From a virus: DNA of 44,805 nucleotides. A model generated the notes under the pieces. The model saw nothing but the letters and a program-made list of their open reading frames with translations, did no database searches and was not told the DNA's origin. Position 1 is the first letter of the stretch. Every line of letters starts with the position of its first letter. Both the position numbers and the translations under genes were made by a program. This document shows, piece by piece, positions 1 to 9,182 of the stretch. The stretch lies in IMG/VR virus record IMGVR_UViG_3300045988_165656. One strand, written 5' to 3'.

Positions 1-32
1 TTGTACATAGCCAAAATAACCAAAGTTTAGGT
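1..32. repeat. Terminal overlap, identical to 44774-44805 (circular-closure signature)
   Basis: ttgtacatagccaaaataaccaaagtttaggt occurs at both contig ends. The joined sequence equals the 78-bp element at 42937-43014. Confidence 0.8.
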
Positions 33-42
33 GATTTTCTTG

Positions 43-71
43 TTTACTTTGTACAACAAATGTGGTATAAT
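43..71 (+). promoter_or_regulatory. Sigma-70-type promoter with extended -10 for the RelE-like cassette
   Basis: TTTACT (43-48), 17-nt spacer, TGgTATAAT (63-71). The spacer holds a degenerate copy of the ACAACAnnTGTTG palindrome. About 25 nt upstream of the ATG at 97. Confidence 0.55.
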
Positions 72-96
72 AAAAATATGAAAGAGAGGTGAGAAC

Positions 97-333
97 ATGG
101 AGGTCAAATATTCGAAGCAAGCATATAAATATTGGAAGAAATTGCATCGTCCAAAACGAGAACAAATCGAGCGTGCGATCAATAACATTCCAAAAGGTGA
201 CATCAAAAAGCTGAAAGGAAATAGTGGTGATTATCGGCTACGCGTTGACGATTATAGAGTGCGATTCTATATTGAGGATGATATAATCAAAGTAATCAAA
301 ATCGGACCAAGAGGTGATATTTATGGCAATTGA
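97..333 (+). CDS. RelE/ParE-family type II toxin (mRNA interferase-like)
   Basis: 78 aa. C-terminal signature GDYRLRVDDYRVRFYIEDDIIKVIKIGPRGDIY is typical of RelE/ParE/StbE toxins. SD gagaggtg precedes the ATG. Confidence 0.8.
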   Translation: MEVKYSKQAYKYWKKLHRPKREQIERAINNIPKGDIKKLKGNSGDYRLRVDDYRVRFYIEDDIIKVIKIGPRGDIYGN

Positions 334-499
334 CTACAAACGATTGTTGGAACGTTTGGACAATATCCAAAAGGAAATTGAAGAAATCCATCAACAGCTG
401 CTAATTGGATTAGATGAAGAAGCTGAAGTGAAAGCAATCAAAGAAGAAGACGATTTCAGAACACTTGAAGAATGGCAAAAAGAAGAGCCCCTCGATTGA
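323..499 (+). CDS. Small acidic coiled-coil protein overlapping the toxin stop (candidate cognate antitoxin)
   Basis: ATG at 323 lies 7 nt after SD agaggtg and overlaps the toxin 3' end. 58 aa, rich in E/D, with no recognisable HTH or RHH. Confidence 0.5.
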   Translation: MAIDYKRLLERLDNIQKEIEEIHQQLLIGLDEEAEVKAIKEEDDFRTLEEWQKEEPLD

Positions 500-514
500 G
501 GAGCTCTTTTTCTT
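483..514. terminator. Bidirectional rho-independent terminator between convergent genes
   Basis: Stem aagagcccctc / gaggagctctt with loop gatt, followed by a T-run. A-rich on the other side. Confidence 0.6.
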
Positions 515-517
515 ATT

Positions 518-1378
518 TTAGCCGATGATGGATTTGATTAGAATCTGAGTGATGAGATTGTCTTTGGTTACTGATTTTGCCAATGAAATTTGGTTGTTCG
601 TAGTGTCGATTGTAAATTCAGCACCTTCAACATATAGCACACCGTTGATGTGAACCAGCAGAACATCTCCATCTTCGTAATTGGAAATCAGCGGAATCTC
701 ACGTTCGTTCTCTGTAGTTGTCTCATATGAGTACTGATATTTCTTCAGTTTTGTGTTTATTTGCAGCTCACTCTGAAGACTCGAAAGCCAACTATCAAAT
801 GATGTTTTCTGCTGTGTCATGTATGCTTCAAGCTCTGCTGTCTGCTCTTCGTAGTACTTATAGAATTGAGCATTAAGCTGTGACACGTCCACTTGCTTGA
901 TTAGTCCAGTGATCCACGGACAATAGGAACTGCCTCGATAATCTCGAATATCACTCTGAGAAATCGAACTTGAATTTGCTCTGATTCTCACTCGTGCAAT
1001 GCACAGTTCTGTGACGGTATCATTATTTGTCAGTGAGATAGTACCATCAGAACTCGTCTTCGTGAATACACCCACGCTTCTCACATTGTCAGCCAAATTG
1101 CATCTCAAGACGATGAGCTGATATGTATCACTGCTGACCGAGGCAGCATCAAACGTAATCGTGAACGGTGCATCGCATTCAATCCAATGCATATTCACAA
1201 GCGCTCTGCCTGTTCCAATGCTCACTGTCAATCCGCTTGTAGCAGTTACGGCAAACATGTTTCCGATAGTCTGATAGATACCATCTGACACGAGGCCCTT
1301 GAAGTACATTGTCATATCCTCAGCGTTATACTTTCTGTCGCCATCGACACTGTTGAAATATCCATATCGTACAGCCAT
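518..1378 (-). CDS. Distal tail/baseplate protein, putative receptor-binding component
   Basis: Last gene of the tail operon after Dit and the Tal-like gene. Start ATG at 1378 preceded by SD ggagtg (the ORF-track start at 1441 lies inside the upstream gene). Central coiled-coil segment. Confidence 0.55.
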   Translation of the reverse strand: MAVRYGYFNSVDGDRKYNAEDMTMYFKGLVSDGIYQTIGNMFAVTATSGLTVSIGTGRALVNMHWIECDAPFTITFDAASVSSDTYQLIVLRCNLADNVRSVGVFTKTSSDGTISLTNNDTVTELCIARVRIRANSSSISQSDIRDYRGSSYCPWITGLIKQVDVSQLNAQFYKYYEEQTAELEAYMTQQKTSFDSWLSSLQSELQINTKLKKYQYSYETTTENEREIPLISNYEDGDVLLVHINGVLYVEGAEFTIDTTNNQISLAKSVTKDNLITQILIKSIIG

Positions 1379-1379
1379 T

Positions 1380-2414
1380 TTACACACTCCATTCATCAAA
1401 TGTTGGAATTCGTGTATGACCACTTGTTGAATCACTTTCAATGATTTCTATGATTCTAGCTGTTGCTGTCATACCAAATTCATTCTTTACTTCTACGATG
1501 TCACCTAAGCCGCAGTATTCAGGAAAACTAATCACTTCACCAACATATTCAGGAAACGCCTCTGTCTCTGCCAATTTTTCCTTACCTCTATTTTTCAAGA
1601 TAGAAGTGTATTTGGATGATGTGGTACCTTCACTCGACAAGTCACGAGCATCGACATACATCTCACGCCGCTCTAGTCCACTTACTGTCCCTGAAAATGC
1701 TGTTTTACGTGCAGCTCCTTCGCCTTCACCTGCTACGAGTGCAACGTTTTTGAGCTCTTGGGTATCATAGGTGTATTCGGTATTTACCAAGTTCTCAAAT
1801 TCTGATGAGAATACTGCTGGTAAATTGTCTTTTTGAGACCTTGTTCTGTCAACTCCTGCGTACATCTCAAACGTGAATTTTCCATTGACGAGCGGCATCT
1901 TGAAACCGTAACCATATGACTGACAGTTTTGCACGATGATATCATAAACGTTATCACCAAAATATTGACCTTCGACTGTTTCAGCGAAACCTTTGGTCTC
2001 ACTTGTAACAGCGACTTCGTTTATTTGTCGCAAATCTTTTTCAACAATTGGGTCGGTGATATTCCATTCGATCAGATAATTTGCGAGCATTTCAATTTGC
2101 GTGTTGTTGGTGTTCACTCTGTTCGCAACGATTCTGCGACTTAGAATGCTTTCAGCACTACGACCTGAGACGGTCATGTAGTTACCGTTTTCCACATCTG
2201 TTTTCAAATTGATCGATTCAACAATCATAGTGTATTCACTCGACTCAATTTGTAGGTAGTAGCCGATCTGAAGCAAGTCAATGAATCGCTGTTCAACTGG
2301 AACATATAGCTCAAAATCACCTGCTTCGTAGTAGCGTGTTGTCCAAATGAGTGACACGTAGTTATCAATCAATCCTATTTTTTTCAAGCTTTTATCCAAA
2401 ACGTAAATGTACAT
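1380..2414 (-). CDS. Tail-associated protein, siphovirus Gp37-like (Tal position)
   Basis: N-terminus MYIYVLDKSLKKIGLIDNYVSLIWTTRYYEAGDFELYVP resembles the ReqiPepy6 Gp37-like family. Sits directly after Dit. SD gaggga precedes the ATG at 2414. Confidence 0.65.
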   Translation of the reverse strand: MYIYVLDKSLKKIGLIDNYVSLIWTTRYYEAGDFELYVPVEQRFIDLLQIGYYLQIESSEYTMIVESINLKTDVENGNYMTVSGRSAESILSRRIVANRVNTNNTQIEMLANYLIEWNITDPIVEKDLRQINEVAVTSETKGFAETVEGQYFGDNVYDIIVQNCQSYGYGFKMPLVNGKFTFEMYAGVDRTRSQKDNLPAVFSSEFENLVNTEYTYDTQELKNVALVAGEGEGAARKTAFSGTVSGLERREMYVDARDLSSEGTTSSKYTSILKNRGKEKLAETEAFPEYVGEVISFPEYCGLGDIVEVKNEFGMTATARIIEIIESDSTSGHTRIPTFDEWSV

Positions 2415-2415
2415 A

Positions 2416-3264
2416 TCAGATTCCCTCATATAGTGCGACGTATTCGATTGTTACTGTCAAGTTATTCTCGCCTTCATCGCAAGAATAACTAATCTCATTT
2501 TCTCCTGGCTCCAATTGCAGCCATGTAGAACCTTCTTGCACAGCATACAAAATATTGGTTTCTATACCTTCACGAATGAGAGTGACAGTCTTGCTGTTGA
2601 AATGAGTACTAATAACAATGCTGTCACCTTTCTTCATATCAACGTTCAAACCAAAAAATGTGTTATTCGTGTTGTTGTACACTTTTGGATTCAGGATGTC
2701 ATTTGTGTTTGCATGCAATGTAATGGTGATACCTGTTGGTGTTTCACCACCATTAATAATTTTGGTTTTTACTTTCTCAATTCGAGAAAATTCAATGCCT
2801 TCCTTTGCGATTGCAAAAGGAAATTCAAATAGCGGAATGACATTTGAGAACTCAACAATTTTGGTAGTTGAATCCTTGAAAAATGGGTCAGCACAAATAA
2901 TCGAAATTTGTGCCACTTGTGAATTAGAGAAATGGTCCAATTCGAACGATTCAACTTTTCCGACGATATACACATCGAGGCTTTCATGCCGAAAATACAA
3001 TGTGACATCGCTGTTGATTTTGAAATATTGGTAGAGCTTCAATCGATTCTTCTCGATTTCAGGATATATCTTGATGTACAAGACAATGTTTCTCGTACCA
3101 ATTCTATAGCTATTGAACATTGCTCCGTTACCTGTTGCAAATTCGGTAGTGTTTATTGTTCCTGCTACAGGATTTAGTCCGTCAATATCATACAGACAAT
3201 ATTCTTTCGAATAGGACAAATCCAAAATATTTCCAGCGTAATTTTTTACCTTTGCGAATATCAT
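2416..3264 (-). CDS. Distal tail protein (Dit, siphovirus tail component family)
   Basis: 282 aa immediately downstream of the tape measure gene, overlapping its stop. N-terminal region is typical of Dit proteins. Confidence 0.75.
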   Translation of the reverse strand: MIFAKVKNYAGNILDLSYSKEYCLYDIDGLNPVAGTINTTEFATGNGAMFNSYRIGTRNIVLYIKIYPEIEKNRLKLYQYFKINSDVTLYFRHESLDVYIVGKVESFELDHFSNSQVAQISIICADPFFKDSTTKIVEFSNVIPLFEFPFAIAKEGIEFSRIEKVKTKIINGGETPTGITITLHANTNDILNPKVYNNTNNTFFGLNVDMKKGDSIVISTHFNSKTVTLIREGIETNILYAVQEGSTWLQLEPGENEISYSCDEGENNLTVTIEYVALYEGI

Positions 3265-6200
3265 GCCTTTGCCCCCTTCAGAAGATTTTTACTTTGTCTG
3301 TAGATTTCCAAACGACTCAAAGATTTCGGGCTGTAGTTGTTCTGTGTGAAGTTCTGAACAACCGTATTGGAAGCCGCTCCAACACTACTGCCTGCACTTG
3401 CCAAATTGTTCTTGATATTCTGCGCAGGTGCCATCATCTTTTGTCCCATGGTTTTCATTGCATTTACTGCTGCACTCGTCTTGTCCTTGATACCTTCGGC
3501 CAGACCCATAGGCAAGAATTGACCTACTTGCTTTTCCATCACGACTGATGGAGAGTGAACACCAAAGAAATCCTTGATGCCATCGAGGACACCTTCACTG
3601 AATCCTGAAATTTTATCCTTCACCCATTGACCCATGTCATTGATACCATTCCAAAGACCTTCAACGATGTCAGAACCAATTGACAACATTTCACCAGGAA
3701 TTTCCTTGATTTTGTTCACGATGTTGTCAAACAGATCTTGTGCTGCTTGCTTACCTTTTTCAGGCAACTGCCTTGCGAAATCAGCAGCTTTAGAAATGGT
3801 ATTCTGCAACCATGTCCAAATTCTTGACGGAAGATTCTTGATCGTGTTGATGACATTATCGAGGAAGCTTTTTGCAGTTTCCTTCGCTTTTGTCTTCATG
3901 TTGGCTCCCCAGGTGATAATTTTGTTGATGGTATTTACGAGCCATTCCCAAACTTTTCCAGGAAGTTCCTTGAAAAATTGAATGATGTTCTCAATGATTT
4001 TCGGTACTTCATTTACAATCCAATTCTTTACATTGACTGCCCACGTTGCGAGAGTACCGATGACAGCACCAATCGCATAACCAATTTTGTACGGCAATTC
4101 TTGGAAGAACTGCACAACCGCTGCAATGATTTCTGTCACTTTTTCGGTGAATGCTGTTTTGACATTTCCAGCCCATTCAATCACTTTCTGTACACATTCG
4201 CCAATTTTATCAGCAAACTGTTGTCCTAATGGGGCAAGCCCCTGAATGATTGCTGCAATAATCTGCGGAACAGCCTGCACTAATGCAACTACAATTTGTG
4301 GAATGGCTTGCACAAGCGCCATGAATAATTGGATCGCTGCTTGCAAAAGAACAGGAATATTTTGGGTTAAAAAATTCACGAGCGCTTGAATGATTGAAGG
4401 TAATGCTGCAATCAATGCCTGTAAAATTTGAGGCAATGCATCGACAAGTCCCATAAACATTGTCACAGCCGCATTGATAATTTGCGGTAACGCTGAAGTC
4501 AAAAATGCACTGATTGTATTTATGATTTCAGGCAATTTAGGCAACAATTGATTCAGTAGCTCAGGTATAGCATTCACAATTTGCATGAATAATTGTGTTG
4601 CAGCATCCAACATTTGTGGTAAAAATGCTACTATTGTGTTGAGAAGCGTGTCAATTAGCGAAGTAATTTGACTTCCCAAATCCAATTGCATGATAGCATC
4701 GACCAAAACACTAAAGAGTTGAATTGCCGCCATTAGTAATTGCGGTGCAAGAGTGATTATTTGATTTGCAATTTGAGAAACAATTTCGACGATGTTTGTT
4801 AGCAATTGCGGCGCAAGCGTAACGATTCCATTTGTTAAGGTCATGATAATTTCACTTGCTGCCGACAAAATCATTCCAGCATTATCTGTAATACCTTGCA
4901 TCAAACTTTGGATGATTGTCACGCCGATGCTTACCACTGACGGTAAAATACCTGTGATTGTTGTCACAAGTGTTGTCAGAATATTACCAACAGCGGTGCC
5001 GATTTTTTGATCGGCTCCATCAACCCCATTTGCCAGATCGGTAAATGCACTCGCAATATTTTCAACATCAGGAACAATGGACGACAGGACACCTGCCCCG
5101 AATTGTGTGAACATCGCAAGGACCGGCGTGAATGCTGTACCAATTTGAGCAATCGAGTTTTTCATTTCGAGCTGAGCCTTATTCAGATCAATCATTGCTT
5201 GATTGTTCTTTTGGTACTCTGTGCCAAGTTCACCATACAAACCATTTAGCGTATCAACAATCAATTGCTGACGTTCTTGTTCGTCCGAACACGCAGAAAG
5301 TTTGTCGTTGAAATCGTCTTCATTTACGCCTGCCCAGTTCAGTGCATCTGCTAAGTTACCTGTGATTTGACCAACTTTTGCAGTCTCATTGACAGACTCA
5401 GCTAAACCATCGAGCGGGATAGAGTCACCGTACTTCGCCCAAATACCAGCGGAAGAATTCAGCAAACTGTTCAAATTCTCGGTGCTGGTACCCATCGCCA
5501 TAAAGTTGGAAACAGTCGTATTTGCGGCGGTCTCATCACCAAGAATTCCGTACAAATTGCTAAATGCACCTTCTGCAAAGTCAGTGCTGACGCCCGCCGC
5601 ATCTGCCGCAGTAGTCAATTTGGTCATGTTGTCAGTGAATTCTTTTGAGCTTTCGGTTGCAGCCACTAATCCACCAGCAAGCGCTGTTACAGCCGTACCA
5701 ATTCCAGCGATTGCACCTTTACCAATTGCACCGAGAAAGCCTTTCAGCTTGCCGCTTGACTTTTCTGACTTGTCACCTGTTTCATCAATTTCATCATTGA
5801 CTCCATCAAGTTTTTTCTCAGCACGTTTTGCTTCATCACCAGTTTCTTGTAATGCATCAGCGAGTTCATCTGCACCATCAGCAGAGCCGTCTGACCCTCT
5901 CTCAAGCTCATCCAAACTTTTCTCGTATTTTGAGATTGCTGCCTCATTACCTTTGATCGCTGCTTTCAATGAGTTCATTTTGATCTGAAGGTTTTGAGCA
6001 GATTCTGAATTTTCACCTTCAGTTCGAACTACGTCATCATATTTCTTTTGGACCTCATCCAAAATTTTTGTATAGCTTTCGTTGACACCTTTCAGCTGCG
6101 TAATTTTCGCAGATAGACCATCAGCACTGTCGCTCCATTTTTCCATTCCAGCAGTAGCATTCTTAAACTCAGAATTGGTCAGTGCGATAGCTCGGTTGGC

Positions 6201-6272
6201 ATCACGTAAACTTTGTTTTAGTTCAGAAATATCAACCCTGAATTTTGTTGTGGTTTCCGTACTTCTCGGCAT
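3261..6272 (-). CDS. Tail tape measure protein
   Basis: 1003 aa. N-terminal coiled coil, then a long hydrophobic Ala/Ile/Leu/Gln-rich reiterated segment (LPQI..A.QLF type). Located between the chaperone and Dit. Confidence 0.9.
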   Translation of the reverse strand: MPRSTETTTKFRVDISELKQSLRDANRAIALTNSEFKNATAGMEKWSDSADGLSAKITQLKGVNESYTKILDEVQKKYDDVVRTEGENSESAQNLQIKMNSLKAAIKGNEAAISKYEKSLDELERGSDGSADGADELADALQETGDEAKRAEKKLDGVNDEIDETGDKSEKSSGKLKGFLGAIGKGAIAGIGTAVTALAGGLVAATESSKEFTDNMTKLTTAADAAGVSTDFAEGAFSNLYGILGDETAANTTVSNFMAMGTSTENLNSLLNSSAGIWAKYGDSIPLDGLAESVNETAKVGQITGNLADALNWAGVNEDDFNDKLSACSDEQERQQLIVDTLNGLYGELGTEYQKNNQAMIDLNKAQLEMKNSIAQIGTAFTPVLAMFTQFGAGVLSSIVPDVENIASAFTDLANGVDGADQKIGTAVGNILTTLVTTITGILPSVVSIGVTIIQSLMQGITDNAGMILSAASEIIMTLTNGIVTLAPQLLTNIVEIVSQIANQIITLAPQLLMAAIQLFSVLVDAIMQLDLGSQITSLIDTLLNTIVAFLPQMLDAATQLFMQIVNAIPELLNQLLPKLPEIINTISAFLTSALPQIINAAVTMFMGLVDALPQILQALIAALPSIIQALVNFLTQNIPVLLQAAIQLFMALVQAIPQIVVALVQAVPQIIAAIIQGLAPLGQQFADKIGECVQKVIEWAGNVKTAFTEKVTEIIAAVVQFFQELPYKIGYAIGAVIGTLATWAVNVKNWIVNEVPKIIENIIQFFKELPGKVWEWLVNTINKIITWGANMKTKAKETAKSFLDNVINTIKNLPSRIWTWLQNTISKAADFARQLPEKGKQAAQDLFDNIVNKIKEIPGEMLSIGSDIVEGLWNGINDMGQWVKDKISGFSEGVLDGIKDFFGVHSPSVVMEKQVGQFLPMGLAEGIKDKTSAAVNAMKTMGQKMMAPAQNIKNNLASAGSSVGAASNTVVQNFTQNNYSPKSLSRLEIYRQSKNLLKGAKA

Positions 6273-6284
6273 ATTCTCACATCC

Positions 6285-6512
6285 TTAGAACCACGTGTCT
6301 GGAGCAGGTTTCATGATTTTTCGAGGTTTCTTTGCTCTATTTTGTCGTTTGTTATAATCCACAGTACGGCGCATAAGTATAACTACCTCATGCGCCGAAT
6401 AGCTGCGAATATTGATTGGGTTCAAACTGTGAAATCTTTCACATAATGACACGGTTATGTCGAAGAATACATCGTATAAGGACGTCTGCTCTCCGTCCTC
6501 TATCAGTTTCCC
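6285..6512 (-). CDS. gpT-like extension reached by -1 programmed frameshift (G-T fusion chaperone)
   Basis: I translated the -1 frame base by base from the slip site. It gives 73 open codons (LIEDGEQTSLYDVFFDITVSLCERF...KPAPDTWF) ending at TAA 6285-6287, just before the tape measure SD. Confidence 0.65.
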   Translation of the reverse strand, partial: GKLIEDGEQTSLYDVFFDITVSLCERFHSLNPINIRSYSAHEVVILMRRTVDYNKRQNRAKKPRKIMKPAPDTWF

Positions 6513-6823
6513 GACTTGTCATCGAGGCTGCTGATTTCAGAAAGTGCATAAGTAAATGCCTTAATGAATACAGCTACCAATTCTTTGGTTTTTGTGTTAC
6601 GAATCTCGGCATCAGTAATGCCAGGGAAAATCTGCTTCAGTAGCGGTTTAACCTGAGGCAGCACAGAGATGACTGCCTTTCCGATTGCTACTGCATCATC
6701 GAGTTTGTCAATGTCAATGACATTCAGCAAATCCTCAACGGTTCCCCACATCAGATCGAATTCAGATGCGGTATATGTTTTTACGATTTCACCTTTTTTG
6801 TAAATGTTCAGCTTCATTTCCAT
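6503..6823 (-). CDS. Tail assembly chaperone (gpG-like, zero-frame product)
   Basis: 106 aa between the major tail protein and the tape measure gene. Ends in the slippery heptamer GGGAAAC followed by TGA. Confidence 0.75.
   Translation of the reverse strand: MEMKLNIYKKGEIVKTYTASEFDLMWGTVEDLLNVIDIDKLDDAVAIGKAVISVLPQVKPLLKQIFPGITDAEIRNTKTKELVAVFIKAFTYALSEISSLDDKSGN
6506..6512 (-). promoter_or_regulatory. -1 ribosomal frameshift slippery site G_GGA_AAC
   Basis: Canonical X_XXY_YYZ heptamer in the zero frame, immediately 5' of the chaperone stop codon. Confidence 0.65.
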
Positions 6824-6851
6824 TTATGCTGCCCTCCAATTGTAAATTTTT

Positions 6852-7505
6852 TTAGACCGTCGGAACTACTTTGTTATGAACGTCCGCTGGTGTCCAAACT
6901 TTCTTTGTCCATGCTTCTTTCATTTCGTCTGTCATGCCGCCATAACGTTCGTCAACGACAATACCGCTCATTGTCTTATTGACAGTATTTTCACCAATTG
7001 TCTGTGCAAACTTGTAGATAGTATTGATCGCAGTAAACGTCAGTTCAGTGTTGGTAGTATCGATAGAATCAGATTCTGTGTTGACCTCTTCGGACGGGAT
7101 TGCAAACTGACCCTTATACTTCCAACAATAGCGCCAATTGCCATCGGTGCCCTTTGTCTTATAACCAATTGCAAAATACTTCGGCGTGACATCACCTTCC
7201 ATCAGCATGCCTGCTGTAGCATCAAATGCCTGGCCAGTAATCTCTGCCAAAGTTTCCAGCTTAGGCGGTGCGACTGTCAGAGTAAACGTCTCTGCACCCT
7301 TCGCATTGATTACAATCATGCCCTTGTTGTCATAGTAGTGAGTCTCAGACGAGCTCTCTACTTCTTTGGAGATTGTCGCAGTGTAAGACAGTCGCTTCGG
7401 TGTACCTGTGGAAAACTGATTCTCTGAATCTTCAGTGACCTCAGCATAAAACAGGTCCTCAACACCACGAAATTCAAAAACGTTATCTACCGGACTTGTA
7501 GCCAT
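6852..7505 (-). CDS. Major tail protein (phi13-like family)
   Basis: 217 aa upstream of the chaperone genes. Overall sequence character matches Firmicute siphovirus major tail proteins. Confidence 0.8.
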   Translation of the reverse strand: MATSPVDNVFEFRGVEDLFYAEVTEDSENQFSTGTPKRLSYTATISKEVESSSETHYYDNKGMIVINAKGAETFTLTVAPPKLETLAEITGQAFDATAGMLMEGDVTPKYFAIGYKTKGTDGNWRYCWKYKGQFAIPSEEVNTESDSIDTTNTELTFTAINTIYKFAQTIGENTVNKTMSGIVVDERYGGMTDEMKEAWTKKVWTPADVHNKVVPTV

Positions 7506-7508
7506 GTG

Positions 7509-7865
7509 TTATTCCTCCTGTAAGTTTTTCAAATATTCAACGGTAATTCCTCTACCGCTATGAGTGGGTTCATCGCTCAGAACGTCATGGGCATCACCCC
7601 AGCATTCAAAGCCATTTTCCTTTAGAATTTTCTTTGCTTGCCTCAGTACGCTATAGACGCGCTCTGGATCGACAGAATAGAAGTTTACGTCATAGTTATA
7701 TATGATTTGAGTTTCATTGTTGTCGTAGAATCCATCGCCATCAGATGCGTTATTCCAAAACGTAAAGAAATTATCAGGATAGGGTTCATCTTCCAAAATA
7801 CTTCCTTGCCGTCTTACTGGATAATGGAAACAGAGTGTAAGCAATTCAATCAACAAATCTTCCAT
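7509..7865 (-). CDS. Tail completion/terminator-position protein
   Basis: 118 aa between the HK97 gp10-like gene and the major tail gene. The call rests on position only. Confidence 0.45.
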   Translation of the reverse strand: MEDLLIELLTLCFHYPVRRQGSILEDEPYPDNFFTFWNNASDGDGFYDNNETQIIYNYDVNFYSVDPERVYSVLRQAKKILKENGFECWGDAHDVLSDEPTHSGRGITVEYLKNLQEE

Positions 7866-8305
7866 TATAGATTCCTCTCAATGTATTTTTGGATTGCTTC
7901 TTTTTGGATTTTTCTGATTTCGGCCTTTGTTTTCTTTCCGTAAAATGCATCATATAATGCATCTACTTTGCTCATTCTTGGCGTTCCATACATCAAGAAA
8001 ATTGATTTCAAACCTGATTTCTCCAAATCAAAACCAACTTTGATTTCAGCGGTGAAACCTTGCCAATTCACAGTCATATCTTTACGCAGTGATTTCTTGG
8101 TTTCACCACCTCTCCAATATTTACCTCTAGCGGGCATGTTGCCTTTTACCATGACGGAATTGACCTTACTATCGACATGTTGTTTGGACGCTTTCAATGC
8201 ATCTTCTGTCGCTTGTTTCAGTCCTGATTCTCCTGCGACTTTGTCAATTCCCGCCATCAATTCTTTCCAGCCTTTGAACTGAAGGCCAATTCTGTTTTTT
8301 GCCAT
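7865..8305 (-). CDS. HK97 gp10-family neck/tail component
   Basis: 146 aa. N-terminus MAKNRIGLQFKGWKELMAGIDKV is typical of the HK97 gp10 family. Start/stop overlap with neighbours. Confidence 0.7.
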   Translation of the reverse strand: MAKNRIGLQFKGWKELMAGIDKVAGESGLKQATEDALKASKQHVDSKVNSVMVKGNMPARGKYWRGGETKKSLRKDMTVNWQGFTAEIKVGFDLEKSGLKSIFLMYGTPRMSKVDALYDAFYGKKTKAEIRKIQKEAIQKYIERNL

Positions 8306-8643
8306 TATGCACCACCTGCAATCTTACGAATCTTGAATTTGAGACACTGATGCCTCTGATTGATGTCTTCAGGCGTTCCAAGAATTTCATACGATAAACC
8401 TGCAACGTCTTTCAGAATGCAATCAGACTTGATGTCAGGCCTGTACCAAGTTTCAATGACAGCTGTATCTTCAATGACAAGGACATCATTGCTCTTGACT
8501 TCTGTTCCTCCAAATGTTTTGAAGGAACAGTGAATCAATTCACCTTCGCTAGGATAAACTTTTTTCATAACGCCTTTGACCGTTTTGGTTTCTGGAATGA
8601 ATAGAAACATAGGAACGTTGAATGGTCCAATTGCTCGATACAT
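8305..8643 (-). CDS. Head closure protein (SPP1 gp16-like head-tail adaptor)
   Basis: 112 aa in the canonical position after the gp6-like connector. Ends ...LKFKIRKIAGGA. Confidence 0.7.
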   Translation of the reverse strand: MYRAIGPFNVPMFLFIPETKTVKGVMKKVYPSEGELIHCSFKTFGGTEVKSNDVLVIEDTAVIETWYRPDIKSDCILKDVAGLSYEILGTPEDINQRHQCLKFKIRKIAGGA

Positions 8644-8648
8644 TTACA

Positions 8649-9176
8649 TCACCCCAATTTTGTAACGATAGTTGTGATTCCTGCTTTCAGTGCAAGATTG
8701 TTGGACGTCACTTCGGTAACACAAATCTTGTGACCGTTTTCCGCAACGATGTCGGAAATGCCGTCCCACTCCACCCAGTCCGACAAATCTTCACTGTAAG
8801 CAGGTAACTTTACGTCGAACCGATAGCGGTAGAGAGCATTGGTATCAGCGACAGTGATTTTCGTTGTACCAATCTCACTACCTGCACTCGATTCTACAGC
8901 TAATTCTCCAACTACATATTTCAATTGGAGTGCACGATAAATGAAGTACGTTGACAATTCTGCTGTGCCCATTCCATAGTTCCACAGATCAGACACACCT
9001 CGAATGATAACTCCGACAGATACCGAAGAATTCAAAACGTCAGTTGAAACTCCGGCATCAATCAGGAAATGCTTGACTTCGTCAACGTAAGTCATCAAGG
9101 TTTCGTCTTGATACGTACCTGTTATACCGAGGCCAATTTTTACTTTTGTCAAAAGTTCAGTATCTGTCATTGTCAT
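8649..9176 (-). CDS. gp6-like head-tail connector with an extra C-terminal beta-rich domain
   Basis: The N-terminal ~95 aa (TELLTKVKIGLGITGTYQDETLMTYVDEVKHFLIDAGV) is gp6/QLRG-like. The C-terminal ~80 aa resembles the C-terminus of the adjacent 9183-9596 product. Confidence 0.7.
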   Translation of the reverse strand: MTMTDTELLTKVKIGLGITGTYQDETLMTYVDEVKHFLIDAGVSTDVLNSSVSVGVIIRGVSDLWNYGMGTAELSTYFIYRALQLKYVVGELAVESSAGSEIGTTKITVADTNALYRYRFDVKLPAYSEDLSDWVEWDGISDIVAENGHKICVTEVTSNNLALKAGITTIVTKLG

Positions 9177-9182
9177 CGCTCC

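Noticed and set aside
4200-4900. Periodic DNA repeats that could be mistaken for a tandem-repeat or CRISPR-like array
   Set aside because: They are in-frame, imperfect coding repeats of the hydrophobic LPQI..A.QLF segment of the tape measure protein. There are no unique spacers and no repeat-spacer regularity.
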